NCBI RefSeq assembly: GCF_964355755.1
Contig: NC_092676.1
Location: 18,680,871 to 18,744,870, forward strand
DNA: 64,000 nucleotides
Reading direction: 5' to 3'
From: Antedon mediterranea
Lineage: Eukaryota; Animalia; Echinodermata
Below are positions 40,308 to 54,465 of the stretch, in pieces. Position numbers and translations under genes: made by a program. How positions within the stretch are numbered: the first letter of the stretch is position 1; each line of letters begins with the position of its first letter. The notes beneath the pieces were generated by a model. That model saw nothing but the letters and a program-made list of their open reading frames with translations. It did no database searches and was not told where the DNA came from.

Positions 40308-43300
40308 TTATTTATTTATTTGTTAAGCATGCACCATTGAATCGGTTCAACATTATTGAGAAAAAAGACATGAATAACTAAACTGTAATTATTTACAATC
40401 AACATTATTCACACTACATAGAAAAGATTTTAATTTGGATCGACACCACTTTTAAAAAGATATGCTTCCCTCTATATTGCAAAAATGTGGATCCAGAAAG
40501 TGCAAAACATAGAGGGGGCTGTGTACAATTTATTGTGTTTGGTACATTGCCCTGATGATTATACCAATATTTTCTCAGCTCCATAGTCCAATTATAAGTT
40601 ATCCTTTAAACCTGTTTGACATGTTAGTCTTATGTAATTGTTAATTTGCAGTAATTGTGATAATATTTATACATGAATTAAGTGTCTTTCTAAGAAAATT
40701 CGGTTTTTCCATTCAGATGATTTGTCATTTTTCAAATTTTGTGGACTCATGTTCTTTGAAATGTATTGGATATGATTTTTTGCGCAGTTTAGAACAACTT
40801 TAATACTTTATGCACCCAGGCGATGAAGACTTTTTGTTTAGTATCAAGGTGAAAGTTAACAGCAGCTGTAGAAAAATAGGGAATACCATTTGGTATGCAT
40901 GATTAAAGAAAACTTTAGATCTATTATACCCAAACAAAACAAATATTCCAAAAATAGCGACATCAAATCTTGTGCTTCTTTTCTAAAAATATAGTTATGG
41001 TGTGTAGTATTTAAACCATACTTGGAAAGTAAGGATTTTACCATATTTTACCAATTCTCTACTTGCAAAATCAATTAACCCATTTAATGTTCTGATTTCA
41101 GTTCATCCTATCCTAAAAGCAATTCTATTTATAGAAAAGAAATGTGTTATTCTACTTTCTTTACAATAATAATCTGTCATCGTTAATGTGGAAATGATGT
41201 TCAATTTGTTGCAAAATGGATGGCAAATTTATAATGATTGATAACATGAAATAAGATCACCCGTACTTTAGTATCAAACTAACATTTCTAAATAAATGTT
41301 CTTGGTAAAAGTTTATTTCTTGTTTCTCTAAGTTAGATCTAACTGTACATCAGTAAACAACAAACTTGTGATCAAGTTTGTTGATGGAGTTAGTACCACT
41401 AAAATATTATAAGATCTGCCTTCTTCATATAGCCATTGGATCATTTTGCTAATTACAAACAAGCTGTTGCACTGAGTTTATTAGACAATGTTTTACTTGC
41501 TTTGCTCAAGTGGACCTACACTCTAGGCCTACTATTCTTTTTACAAATTGTTCAGCCTCTTTCTCACTCAAAATCTTTAAATGAATTCTTCATGATTTTA
41601 CAATTTATGTTTCTCATCATGATTTCAATGAAGTAAATTTGTTCTCTATAAAATTTGTTAGGACACTGTCTATTTAATATTCTAAACTAAACTACTAGGG
41701 TTTAAAACTCCTACTGCTTTTATAAACTTCATAGATATCAGCCTCTTATCGTCCACTTGACCATGTCTATCGTGCTGATCTATAACACCCTTAAAAGTAT
41801 TGTAACCGATTCCTTACCACTTAACCATTCAGTTAAATGCAAATAACTCATTATACTTCAATAACCATTGTCCTAATGTCTCACGTCTGCAATAATAGTG
41901 TTGAAAACTATTGTTCTTCACATTTCCAATTTCTATTCAGTTTGCTTTCCTTACTACACCATTGGGATTTACTTGATAATACATAGACGGTTGTATTTAC
42001 TTAAGGGTGTAAGAACTCGGAGGAAACAATTGTGGGTTTTTATTTTCAGAGAGAGTTAAATACAATCTACCCCACTCGGATATTCTTTACGGTTGTTTCC
42101 ATTTGGAAGTCCTAAAATCAAGCATGTGCAAGCTATAAAAGGAGTTCTTGCTAGAAAATTTGTTTATACTGGTCTCGGTGTAGTTTTTTCCTTCTTTGGA
42201 ATTATGGACAACCAAGTTACTGAATTTTTAACCACCTGTTTTAACTCTCCTGTATGGAAAACGGTAACTATATTTTGCATATGAGTTTTTTTTTTCTCAT
42301 TTTTGTTGACTTTGAGTTGTGATACTTTTATTGGTACACTAATGACTGTGTTTTCATTTCATAAAGTCTTATATTTGACAATCAAAACAAAAGTTAATAT
42401 ATTTAAAGGTTCTTCCAAATTTTCTACTCCTCTTCAAATCTGGCTCTTGCTCAAGACTGACCATAACACAACACAGCACTAAGCCATAAATAATAATAAA
42501 TAATAATAATTAATAAGGGACTTTAGGGTTTAGTTTTCCATGCTATATATTGACATGTACATGCAGTTTGATTTCAAAATACAATCTCTATACATACTGT
42601 ACTTATCCAGATTTCAATTTCTTTATATAAGGCCAAAAATAGGCTTTACTGAAACGACCTTTAGTTAGTTAGTTAAATTTAAAAACTCTTCAAGAACATA
42701 GATTTATATGTTAAATCTGCATAGTAGTAGGATACACATAGTAGGATAATTAATATTCAATTAACATATTAACTGACACAGGAAGTGACCTTCATTTTGA
42801 AGTATATTTGAATGTTTTCTTAATTGATAATATCCATTGAATTGAATCTTTTTAAAATTGTAATATTCATTTTATCTTTATCAAAACATTTAAACAACCA
42901 TACAGTGTGTACTTTATTATTGACATTGACAATTAAAAATATTGCAGATGATGGGTAATTGTAGTGATAGTATTCTAGTACAGTTCTAGCAATTATAATG
43001 TCATATGGAAACAAAAAAATGAGTTTGAAATATTTTGTAAACGTATCAATATTGTTATTTTTTAGTGTGATAGAATTTCTTGTTGGTAGCTGCTCTAGTT
43101 TTAGGACTATATAAGAATGGTTGTCACTCACAACAAGGCTGACTGTTCATGTACAATAGCACTAAAATTCAGTAGACCTGGCAATGGTATTTTTGGATAT
43201 TATATAGAATTAGGTAAAAGTTGTTGAAATGTAGTGAGACCTTGATAAATCAGCATTAAACAATTGTCTAGTGTGTACTGATGAACAAGGAGTAGTGACA

Positions 43301-43821
43301 AATTTAGAAGATGGAAAGATACAGCTGGCCTACTGATCACTCAACAGAACAGATTGTTCATACCTGTTGTCTAGTCAGTTTTAATCTTGGATCGAATACA
43401 GAATAAGATTAATAAAGCCTCAGTGTTTTACCGTATGATGCTTCTTACAATGATGAACCGTATTAGTGGAAATCAGTCGTATGTCTGCATAACTGATAGT
43501 TGTTTACAATAGTTAGGTGATCACAGTAGCATATCCATCCCCAGAATTAAAAGAAATTTTATCCATGAGAACGCACTATCCATTCTTATCCTTGAAACAG
43601 TTCTAGTACCAAACACAATTCCTAATGTTTTGCAAAAGTGTAAGGTATAATTCCTCGACCTCATTTCTTCCCTTTAGCAATTTGTAACCTATTGTATTAC
43701 CAATTTCTTTTAGTGGTAATAAAAGCGACTTCAGAGAAAGTAACTTTATTAAGGCATTATTGTAGTTTCAGTTTTCTTATGTTACTGTTATTTTTATATT
43801 TTAGTTTAAAAAGTACTATTG

Positions 43822-43903
43822 TTCCCAGGGCCCCAAGGGAGACCAGTCTTTTTGACTGATTGGGCCACCCTGGTTAAATATTGTGAATAAACAAATAAAT
43901 AAA
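43822..43903 (+). mobile_element. LINE/SINE 3' tail fragment (related copy at ~17492-17562)
   Basis: Shared gggagaccagtctttt..actga..cc..g followed by aataaa-rich tail. Confidence 0.55.
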
Positions 43904-44002
43904 TGTACAGTAGGTTTATCATATCCACTGGGTTTGGAAATCTATGGTTGGATAGGAGTCGGTTGGCCACAGTTTTAAAGCATTATTTTTCTCCTGGTTT
44001 GT

Positions 44003-44146
44003 TTTTTTTCATGGGAAATTGTCCCTTGATAGGAGTGTCCCACAGTATTCAAACAATTTTTTGTCCCCTGGTTGGTTTTTTTTTCATGGGAAATTGTCCC
44101 TTGATAGGAGTGTCCCACAGTATTCAAACAATTTTTTGTCCCCTGA
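44003..44146. repeat. Two-copy tandem duplication (~74-bp period)
   Basis: tttttttcatgggaaattgtcccttgataggagtgtcccacagtattcaaacaattttttgtcccctg twice. Confidence 0.85.
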
Positions 44147-44604
44147 TTATCAATAATCTATTAGAAATCGTTGATTAGAATTAACAGTAATAATGATTAC
44201 ACAGGCATGTGTTTACATTCAGGTACAGCTTTGCCAGTATGAGTTGATGAAAAGCGGTGGGTGGCAACTCATTGTAGCTGAACTGTCAAAATGAGTGTCA
44301 GAATATTGCAACGAAGTTGACAGAATCATGAAAATTAAATCAGAGTCTAGCTGAGCAAATATGACATGATTATGTTCTGTTTATAGTATACGGTACATAG
44401 TTTAGAAAATTATTAAATTATAAAAATTAATTCTCTAATGTCTTTAATATTGTGGTATAAAGATTGATTCTATAGAAATGATTTCTTAGTGTTCCTTGGA
44501 CAATTTTTCAGGTCAGGGGTTATTCTAGTATGTGAATTACACTTGCTCAGCCTCTTCACTAATAAGCAGAGAAACTCAAAGTTACGCCATTTTAACTTTA
44601 ACCA

Positions 44605-44962
44605 ATTACCATCACCACAACCCTAGTCGCAATACGACCAACACTCAACAACCAATACACTCAACACAACAACTCTCACACTCACACTACCACAACTACC
44701 ATCACCACACTTCCCACAGCCACCACATTCCCAACAACAACCCTAACTACAACCATCCTCACCTCAACCACCACCCTCACCATAACCACCACACTCCCCA
44801 CAACTACCCTCACCACAACCATCACACTCCACACAACCACCTCATCACAACCAATATTCTCACAATAAACCACCATGCTCATGACAACTACTACCCTCAA
44901 CACAAGTACTTCTCTCACCTCAACTACTACAACCATCTTCCATAACCCTTACTGTACCACCA
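44605..44962. repeat. CAC/CAA low-complexity tract
   Basis: Degenerate trinucleotide repeat; source of His-rich and Val-rich pseudo-ORFs. Confidence 0.85.
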
Positions 44963-46439
44963 CCTATTTGAAGTTAAAGCAAACTTAGGTTCTGCTAATC
45001 AACGACAATGCCACTTTAATGCTAAATTTAATTTAAAGGTCACACTAAACTATGATAGTCATTTACATAAGAATTTTGATACTTGAAAGATGGTCATCAT
45101 TCTGTTCAGATTATTAACCTTACATGCCTAGTTGTCCAAATGTTGACATTCTGAATATCAATCAACTATCATCATATCTATCAACTATCATCATATATAT
45201 CATTGAAAATATGCCCACTGAATAATTACTTAAGGTATAGCTGACTTTGTAAATTGGTATGGTAGCTGAGCACATTCTCTTAACAACATTTAACATGTCG
45301 ATAATGATAAAGTAATATTGCGTATACCACATTTTATTCCAAATTTATCCAATTATACTGTATATTGCCATAAAGTTCAATTTAAACTCATAAAGTTTGA
45401 GGATTAGTTTTTTAAATTATTGTCATGTACTGCTTTCTATGGAATGAAGTCAAAAGTAGTTAGAGAAATGAATGAAAATTAACTTAATCATTAATGTGCT
45501 TGTGTTGTTTTAAAATGAACACTATGATCGACTTTCGGAACTCAATTATTCTTAAAAAAAACTCTACACTGTTCCTTGATAAAACCTTGTTTGTACATAT
45601 CTATCTTAGGCATACATCTGTGTTGATAATAAGCTAGAAAAATAATAAAAGGTTTTCAATAAAAACATTTTCTTTGCAAATTCTAAAAATTAAACCTTGG
45701 AATATTTTTGAATTGCCTGACCTTAGTGATTGTAAAATCACATCTTGAGGCAGTGTTACCTGGTAGCTTCATGAAGCCATAATTGTAGCCTGTAGGTGGT
45801 ATACCTCAATCAGGTCCAAGACTAGTTCCAAATTAACCCATATACCAACCTTTTCTAAAGTGTTTTCACCTATTAAATCTCTCTTCACATTCCTGCCGTA
45901 ATATGAAATGTAAGAATTTGTAAATTGATTGATAATTTAATAACTTCCTTATATGGAAAAAGTTTCTCACAAATTTATCTATGTGAAAATAAGCCTATTC
46001 ACTCAATAAGATGTGGAAAAATATTGTAACTCAGAAAACAGGTGACTGTAAGGTCATAATTTATTCTACTCTTCCCCCTTTATTAGAACAAAATCCTAAA
46101 ATGTCAAAACATAAAAATCAAATTTTATGAGCTCAAACACATTTTAGTTTCCATCTCTTTTTTCTTTTTGCAATTAATCATTGGATTATTTGGTTTATGT
46201 TTTTAATTATGTGTGGAGAATATATTGAATAAAACAAATCATTCAGTTGTATGTACACTTTATACAGACTTAAATTTCAACAAATTTGGTAATCAATATA
46301 TTTTGTTATCATTAAGTATAATATTTTATTGCATAAGAATTCCTGATAACAAGCACTGCTTAATTCTTTGAAATATATTCATAATAAATTTAAACTCCCA
46401 TTTTCAACATTCAGAAAATGATGAGAAAGTTCCTGCAAA

Positions 46440-46850
46440 ACCAGCAGGGTTTCCATAACTACTTTAACAGATTTGGCCAATCAGATTTCTATTTGGACAT
46501 GTCCTCATAAATATTCATCTTCCTGTTGAATATTCATTTGGTTGTGGAAATGATGTGGAAGGTCAAGTTACTTGCTCAAGAATCTTGTCCAAGTGTTTTT
46601 GAGTCCATTAAAGTGGAATTCCTTTTCGAGATGGCATCTAGGATCTCTACCATTTATTCAGATGTTTGTTGGAAGGTTCTGGCATGTACCTCTAGGTAAC
46701 GTTTGGCCGTGTGCGTTTGGATTGGTTACACTGTTTGCTGTATTTTAGAAGGTTATATTGGAGGGTACTTGACAAGTGGCTCCTTTTTTCACCATGGATT
46801 ATATACTTTGACTAGCCTGGACTAAAGCTGTGAATCAACAGCAAAGGAAT
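46440..46850 (+). promoter_or_regulatory. Possible internal promoter/5' UTR upstream of candidate B
   Basis: ggCCAATcag at 46477, reverse CCAAT (gATTGGtt) at 46721, non-repetitive and less AT-rich than flanks; motif evidence only. Confidence 0.3.
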
Positions 46851-46901
46851 ATGATAGAGATTAATTTAACTCTACAAAATCTTCTCAAGTCCTTTGAAGA
46901 T
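46851..46901 (+). CDS. Candidate alternative first exon B (coding part MIEINLTLQNLLKSFED)
   Basis: First ATG after in-frame TGA at 46809, A at -3, 17 codons, gat|gtaagc donor, phase 0; peptide similar to candidate C. Confidence 0.6.
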
Positions 46902-47396
46902 GTAAGCCTGTAATTTTGTTTTTATTGTACACGGAAATTTCTATGGATGAGTTTATATAGTTCTCTACATAGATTGAGAAATGCTAATACAATTTGTTTA
47001 ACACACTGTAAATCAATAAAGTAGCTATAATTACAGGTATAGTGTTACAGACCATTTGTTAGGTTGACATGACACCGATTATTAGGTAGTACTAATCTAT
47101 TATTTTTACTTCATGAGTTTTCTTAATTTTCTTTTATGGTAGATGTTAATTGCAGACTTGCTCAGTAGTAACATGTCTATAGAATTGTAATACAAAATTT
47201 CTTTTTATGTGGTATACTGTAGATAGGCCTACTGTATATATATATATATATATAAATCCAAAGGCAAATTACTGAAAAAAATGACAATGCTGTGAGTATC
47301 AGTGGCTGGATCTCAATGGAGATACAAAAATAAAAAGCGAAAAGCTAAATCAAAACGATAAAGTAAACAGCCAGAAAAGTTAGCAGAGCTTTCGGG

Positions 47397-47821
47397 TATA
47401 TATATTTAAACAAACCAGGCAAAGAACATTAATTCTAAACCGCCCGGTGATATACTGAAATTGAATTAATTAATTTGAAACGATAAAGATGAAGAAATCT
47501 GGGAGAATGAGAAAAAGTCGCCCCAACCGAGACTCGAACTCGGACCGCCTGCTTGATATGCAGATGTCCTAACCTGGTATTGTTCAAACTCGATTGGATA
47601 GCGACTCTTTAACATTCTCGGCGTGGTACGGCGGAACAGCACTATAGTCCTCAGTTTTACGCACGCGCACCAGAGATCAAATTGATACGCCCTCATCTTA
47701 CAGTATTTTTATTCACGAGGCGGGATCTCCGAAGAGATACTTTTATATATATAAACAAATCAGGCAAAGAACATTAATTCTAAACGGTACCGCCCGGTGA
47801 TATACTGAAATATATATATAT
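47397..47821 (-). mobile_element. Minus-strand copy of the tRNA-bearing repeat bracketed by ~60-bp direct repeats and (TA)n
   Basis: Reverse complement of 3099-3290 with 5'-deleted tRNA; caggcaaagaacattaattctaaac...cgcccggtgatatactgaaa at both ends. Confidence 0.75.
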
Positions 47822-48446
47822 TTATTTTTATTTTTTAATTTATAAAGATATTTGAAACTTGCTGTCAACCTTGTTTAAAACCCATGTTTTCCCAAGTACC
47901 TTTTGCCATTTAAAGTTTGGGATCTGAAATACTCACCCCATCCTCCCTCCTCTATCACAACATTTTCATTTCTTCACAAATTGAAATAATACTAAGCATC
48001 TATATACCATTGGCATTTATAACAACAATGATTTATTATACTTAACGTAATTTGAAATGTTATAGTGTATTATGATGAGATAGAAATTAGCTGACAAATT
48101 ATTTTAAATGATTGTTGTCATTATAAGTATTGCCATAAATCCATGTTATTGTTTGTATTATTACCACCGGTATATTTCTTTTATTGTTGTGGTTGATTGA
48201 TTGAGTCACCAGAAAAATCTTCTGACGTAAATATTTTTGCTTTTAAATGCATTTTTTATCAATTGTTATCTGCTCAAGCATGAGATTTCCAAAGATTGTG
48301 AATCTTCATATTTAATCTTTTTATTATGACAAAATGACATATTGTACGTTATACCGTATTGATGTCATTTAGTGATTTGTAGCTGTTAAAGGAATATACA
48401 GGTCTGAAATAAGAATAATTTTTTGTTGTAAATATCATTTCGAAAA

Positions 48447-48497
48447 ATGTTGACTGTTTATTTATCAATTAAATTTCTGTTAAGGAGATTTGAGAAA
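48447..48497 (+). CDS. Candidate alternative first exon C (coding part MLTVYLSIKFLLRRFEK)
   Basis: First ATG after in-frame TAA at 48429, aaaaATG context, 17 codons, aaa|gtaagt donor, phase 0; peptide similar to candidate B. Confidence 0.6.
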
Positions 48498-48866
48498 GTA
48501 AGTTTTTGTTGGTTTTAAATTTGTATTATTCATTAGGTTAGTGAGTATTTAAACAAAATGGTGTCCTACTGTACATTTAGAAATCGAGAAAACATACAGT
48601 ACTACTGAATACACATATGGCATATTTTCAAGTGTCATGTTTTTTGCCAGTGATACTGAACATACCATATGTGTATCATTCAAATTGCACAGAAAATGTG
48701 GTGGGAACGGTACCAGATGAAATATAATGAACGCAATATTATATTCTGAAAAAATCATAGAGAATGAACTAAATTATTATTTATATTCTATATATTATAT
48801 TCACTTTAAATAATATTTTGATTTCTTTTATATTAATGATTGCAAAGTTCTCATTCTAAAGTGTAA

Positions 48867-48997
48867 AGATCTGTCTACACTATTAAACTAGTTTAACAAG
48901 TGTGATGTGCCCAAATATGATAGTGATATTCCTAAATATGGTAGTGATATACTTCATCATGTCCATATATGGGCACCTCACATTTTTTTTGCCAAAT
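48867..48997. mobile_element. MITE family 1, truncated reverse copy
   Basis: agatctgtctacactattaaac and atatggtagtgatat units. Confidence 0.75.
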
Positions 48998-50259
48998 ACA
49001 AGGCTTTAAAGGGACAACGACTAACAATTAAATGTTGTAGAGAATATGTAGGATAAATTAAAACAAATAAAAGCAACACTTTTGTCCTCTGACAGATTTT
49101 GACCTTCAACATCTGATTACGATGTGTAATTTTCATCAATTTTAGGTGATTATTTTTACAATTAAAGATTTGTTTTGGTTAATCAATTTTGTAGTTGAAT
49201 GCATCTTGTTCAATCTGGGTCACACATGGGGATCAATGTGTTGAGAGCAGCTAGTTCAATAAGATTGATTGGTTGTTCTAAATTTACTTTGTGCTGCCGA
49301 ATCCTGATTAGATAATTACTAGAAGTCGGCTTCAGTTGAATTGTTTATTTCTTTAAAGTTTTATAGCTAGAACTTAAATGTTACTTCCTTTTTCAAATCG
49401 TTCTATATATATTATGAACTAATTCATAGCCTTTGTCCATTCGCATACATATAGATTTTATTACAAGTTTTGTTTATGCATTCAGTATTTAAATTAGGGT
49501 ATAAGTTTCTAATTTGCTTAATTAATGAAGAATGTTTTTTTCCCCAAACATACATACTGTAGTTTAAGTAGGCCTAGTATGTTGTACAATTGAACAAAAT
49601 AGTGGTTTGGTTTAGCAAGGAAATCAATGTACACGTCATTTCTGGAACATAACATAACTACAACAAATAGAATATCAATTTTCATGGAAGTGATCTCCCA
49701 AGAAGAAAGCATTTTTTTGTGATAACAATGCAACTTAACATTAAAATAATAACAAGATTAAATCGTTAGATGTAGTTACTCTTCTCAATTTGTCTGCGCA
49801 TGTGTAGAATAGCAACATCTGGACAGATCATGTGTGACTTTAATTTCAATATTTGATTTAATTGGTGATATTTTCCAAAAGATAGAAAACAAAACTACAG
49901 TATATTACTACAGTGATATTGTCTGACGACCACACACCTCTAGGCCACATAGCAACAAAAACAGAAACATTTTAAAGCTATGGAACGCACATTAGATTAA
50001 AAGAATGTTCTCCTGTGGATAGGAAGTCTTTCAATTATAGTTGCATTTCTATGTGACCTACTAAACTCGCTATTGAATGTTGTGGTGCTTAATAGAGCGT
50101 CTGTCAGCCAGCCTTAACTTGGTTTGAAGGCCTGACGTCCAACCTTTCACCTACTACTTTACCCTACCCCTTAAGAAGCCCATAACATCCTACAAGCTGA
50201 AAAAACCCTTTTTACCTTGTTAGCATCCATAGAAGTGTTAGAATAAATTTTTATTTTTA

Positions 50260-50376
50260 AGCTCTGTGTGCACTATTACGTGATAAAAAATGTGATATAT
50301 GGACATGGTGATGTCATATCTACCATATTTGGGCACACCACATTGGTCAAACTAGTTTTATAGTGTAGATAGCGCT
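50260..50376. mobile_element. MITE family 1, short degenerate copy
   Basis: agctctgtgtgcactatt ... tatagtgtagatagcgct. Confidence 0.75.
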
Positions 50377-53300
50377 TTCAAAATATAAATGTCATTAAAT
50401 GTATTATTAGCTTTTTAGTGATACATACAGTGTACAACTGTATGTTATTCAAATGATTAGAAGAAAAAATAACTATTAAATTCAGTAACCATATCATGCA
50501 TGTAATTCACACCTGTTTATGGGCACATTCCAAATTATAAATTAGGACCACATTTATGGAGATTGAAAGATCATAATTAAATCTCTTTATTTCTCAATGA
50601 ATTATAATTCATAAAGCAATCAAATAGTTTCATTTAGGTGACTATAAAAGGTTTCCCCATGATGGTTACAGTGTCTAGTTAAATCTCCGGAGATGTTTCC
50701 AGATTGACTAAGCGCATTTGAATAATCTGGCAATGGGGTTTTGAGCAGTAGTTCATTCGAGGATTTTGACATGCACTGTTTTCAACATTCAACCAATGTT
50801 AAAATGATTTAGCAGTATTCCTTTACTGATTAAATTGGATTAGTAGAACGAATAAAAATCGATGAAAACAAGTTGTGAGAATTATTGATACCGTTTCGAC
50901 ACTTACAGCGTTTGTTTTGTATGTTTGCTGATGTTATGTGTAATGTTAGGATTATTTCAATTTCAATTGATTGATAAAGCATTTGGTGAATTCAATTGTA
51001 CATTCTTATTGTTAATATATGAGAAATATTAATAATAATAATAATAATAATGAGGAATGATTGGGGAATAATATTAATGAATGGTGGCACTTGTGGGAAA
51101 TATTTAGGATTTAGTGTCTTTAAAAACGGTAAGAATATATTTGCTTTTTAAAATTTTGTAGGAACAGAAATATATATTCTATACTGCCTAAATCAGTAGA
51201 GTTTCTAGTTTATTTAAAAAGAAAAACATTACTTTCACAAATACTGAAAACCAAACTGAAACTCTATCAAGTTGTTTGTTGTCTTTTATAAGAATCAAGA
51301 CAAAGGATGCATTTTGATTATTCTGTCATAATTTTCTTTCTCAGGAACTGATGAAATAACTAAACTGAAACTAAAGTCCCATTCAGTCCCATTTGCAATA
51401 GCCATCGTGTTGGGCGCAATCTTTAAGAATGAATATTTCACCTTGGAATAGTTGTCTTTGTAAAATATATCTCAAATGATTAATAAAATCTTCTCGGCCC
51501 ACAGAACACTATATTTATTTTTTTAAATTTTTGGTTGAGATCTTGACGATAATACGTACAAATTTTATTATTGAAAAAAGAGAGCTTAGCAACCTTTTTT
51601 CTCTTTTATAATAGTGCCTTCCTAAAGTACAATCTTGTTAAGTAAAGACATTTGTGATGTATAGACATACAGTATCAATCAGATCTGTAGTCATGATCAA
51701 ATCTTAACAAGAACATGCCCTTCATTTTATAGCAAGAGTTATGTTTGGAGCTTCCGTTACCATTTGAATTAAATTAGTAAATCTTAATAATTATAAGAAC
51801 TAGTAAAGTTGGTACTGTAGTTGATTTATTTGATTGGTCTTGTGAAAAAACCTGTTTCAGTGATGTGCAATCATCCATTGCAGAGCCTGTATAAGAGATG
51901 ACAGACCCAATAACCAACATTAAGACATCAAGGTTTGTTTCCTTTAATTGGTTTGAAGTTTATTTAGTGTTTGATAGTACAATAGATATTCCAGAATCAT
52001 GATGGATGTATTTCATTCCTCGGTTGTATGGTTTATTTTGCTGTCTTCTACCCAGCCCAAGTGTTACCAACCAAGTTTTTTTGTACATGAACATCATTTG
52101 ATACCAACTGATTCTTTTATTCAATTGTTTGTTAGAATAGTTTTGTACTTTCCTAGGTACCTTTAAAAATTACTGGATGAGTCTACTGTACCACTTCAAA
52201 ATTTCCCTCTTCATCTCCTTTGCTATGGGCCAACATTTTATAACTCACTAGCTAAAACAAAACAGCAAAGATAGGAATTGAATTAAGGGCTTACTTAGTT
52301 CAACAAAATATTAAGTAAATACCAGTTTAGCCATGGTAGCGCCATATGTCTCTGATGCACTTGTACCCAAGTGCCTCTTGTTTCTAAATAGTATTTGTAG
52401 TTTAGAGACTCTAGTTTTATAAACTAACATATCTTATTTGCTGGGATGTTAAGCTCATAATACTATATGTGTTGATAGGTTATCAATCACTTAAATGATT
52501 TCGTAATCATTTTAAGTATCTTCATTTACCGAGATTAAAAATCAGATCATATTGAATTATAAATTGCTTATTAGTTTTAGCAAAGTAGATGATGATGTAA
52601 AGGGTGTTGCTAAAAGGAATGATGGATATAAGCTGTTTTTCTTTTTTTTTTATCCAGTGTCATGCTTTTATGAATATTACTTGGTATTGCTAAAAATAAA
52701 TTAGAAAACGAGATGCGCAAAATGATATCTTCATATCTTCATTTTCATCCTAAAAGCTCAAGGATATATTCTAGTTATATTTTTTTAGGAAAGGATATAT
52801 TGCCAAGATTACATAACATTGAAAGATAAGGAAATGATAATTTGCTTTTAGAATATAGAAAAAACTATTTCTGCCTAATATGTTAAAGAAGAAAAACCTA
52901 ATTTTGATTTACTGTAACCTTGTCCTCCCAGCAATTTTTTTTCTGAAATCATAAATAAATTGTGCAATTCTGGTCAAATAATTATTTCAACTCGACCCTG
53001 AAATTGTGTTGATGAGACACTAAATAATTGTTCTTATTTGACTTAAGACCTTTATTTACATCATATATTTTATCTTTAGGATAACATAATTTTAAATGAA
53101 TTGTAAAGTTAGTTTAACATTCTTAACAATTATCTAAATTAGTTCTGTCCTTGTTTGTCCTTAGTCTAGGCTGTCTGGAGTCAGCTGTTAGATAATATTG
53201 TTATGTCGTTCATGAAAGAAACATTAATGCCTGTAATGATGTTGATGCCCAAACTAATGGGCTGTTAATAATGTGTGTACCCTTTAAAGAAAAGTACAAT

Positions 53301-54339
53301 AATTATTGTTTAAAGAGTATAACTTTAAAGATATTTAGTTACTGTACCCCTGAAGTTCACTACATAAGCAGTTAGTACCAAAGGTAGAGTAGAATAGAAA
53401 ACATCATTTTCATCACAAATTTAACACGATAGACTTTTCCAACAACTTACAATATTGTTGTTATGCAAATTTATGCAACTCGTATTGAGTAGAGTAGATA
53501 TGTGTGTGTAAACTTCCCTAGTTTGATGGGAAAACCACAGTTATAATCAATTTAATTTTCTTCCATTTAACTAGGTTACTGTTGCGTTTCATTTCATCTC
53601 TCTTTTTCTATCTCTACTCTTCCATCAATTCTTTTTCTTCCAAATCCATTCTCTTGCTTTCTCTATTTCATACTGTATTTGGTGGACCTCTATTGATCCT
53701 CATTTTCCCTATTTGATCATCTTCCTACTCTTTTACATTGAGCTATCTCTTGACTTCCTCCTATCTTGAATTCCTCTTATCTTTGGTTTTCTTTCTGATT
53801 CACATGCTTTCTTTCTTTTGTCACCATGTGATATCTTTCTATATTAATTATGTTTTTTTTAAATAAAATTTCATGAAAGAAACATTAAGGCCTGTAATGA
53901 TATTGATAACCAAAACTGATGAGCTTTTAATAATTTTGGTACCTTTTAAAATACTGTACAAGAACTGTGTTGTTAGAAATATGTAGACGTGTTACACTAT
54001 AGATTCATGGTTGCCTATAACAAAATTCAATCAAATTAATGACAATCATTTCCTTCAACGTACAAATGATAACATCAAACTTTGATTGCATAACAGATAA
54101 ATTAGTTGTCTCATTATCATTTCGTTACATACAGATTACGAGTTTTGTTTTCTTGTAATCGATTCATTCTCTAAACTACCAAAGCTCAAATTCTCAACCG
54201 CATACTTTAGCCTGCAACATTTCATACATCTTGTCAGTGGAAGCATAACATCAACAAGAAGCCTAATATATGCCGACTCAGGCCCACTCACCCTCTGAAA
54301 ACAGCCTAAAGGCATAAGCAGAAGTTTTGTTTGCTATTA

Positions 54340-54465
54340 ATGAACAAGAATTGTGGTATGCGCACCGTTAATAGAATCAGCCGGCAGCCAGTCTCTAGGA
54401 AGTGCAATAAACTTCTTGGATTTCCGATTCTCTCGTGGTATCTGAGATGCGTGTTAATAACTACT
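54340..54465 (+). CDS. Candidate alternative first exon D (42 codons, MNKNCGMRTVNRISRQPVSRKCNKLLGFPILSWYLRCVLITT)
   Basis: Open 42-codon frame in a locally GC/CpG-richer patch, act|gtacgt donor in phase 0. Confidence 0.3.

Noticed and set aside
40400-43700. Possible nested minus-strand gene or long LINE
   Set aside because: Only short broken ORFs; probably an old LINE relic, not supportable without a profile search.
44193-44222. Mini-ORF MITQACVYIQ ending at CAG|GTACAG in phase 0
   Set aside because: Donor is non-consensus at +4/+5 and there is no independent support; illustrates the chance background for first-exon candidates.
44532-44945. His-rich (+) and Val-rich (-) ORFs
   Set aside because: Products of a CAC/CAA low-complexity tract.
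53209-53960. Two diverged ~80-100 bp direct repeats 660 nt apart (ttcatgaaagaaacattaa..cctgtaatgat)
   Set aside because: No LTR termini, TSD or coding content visible; treated as an old local duplication.
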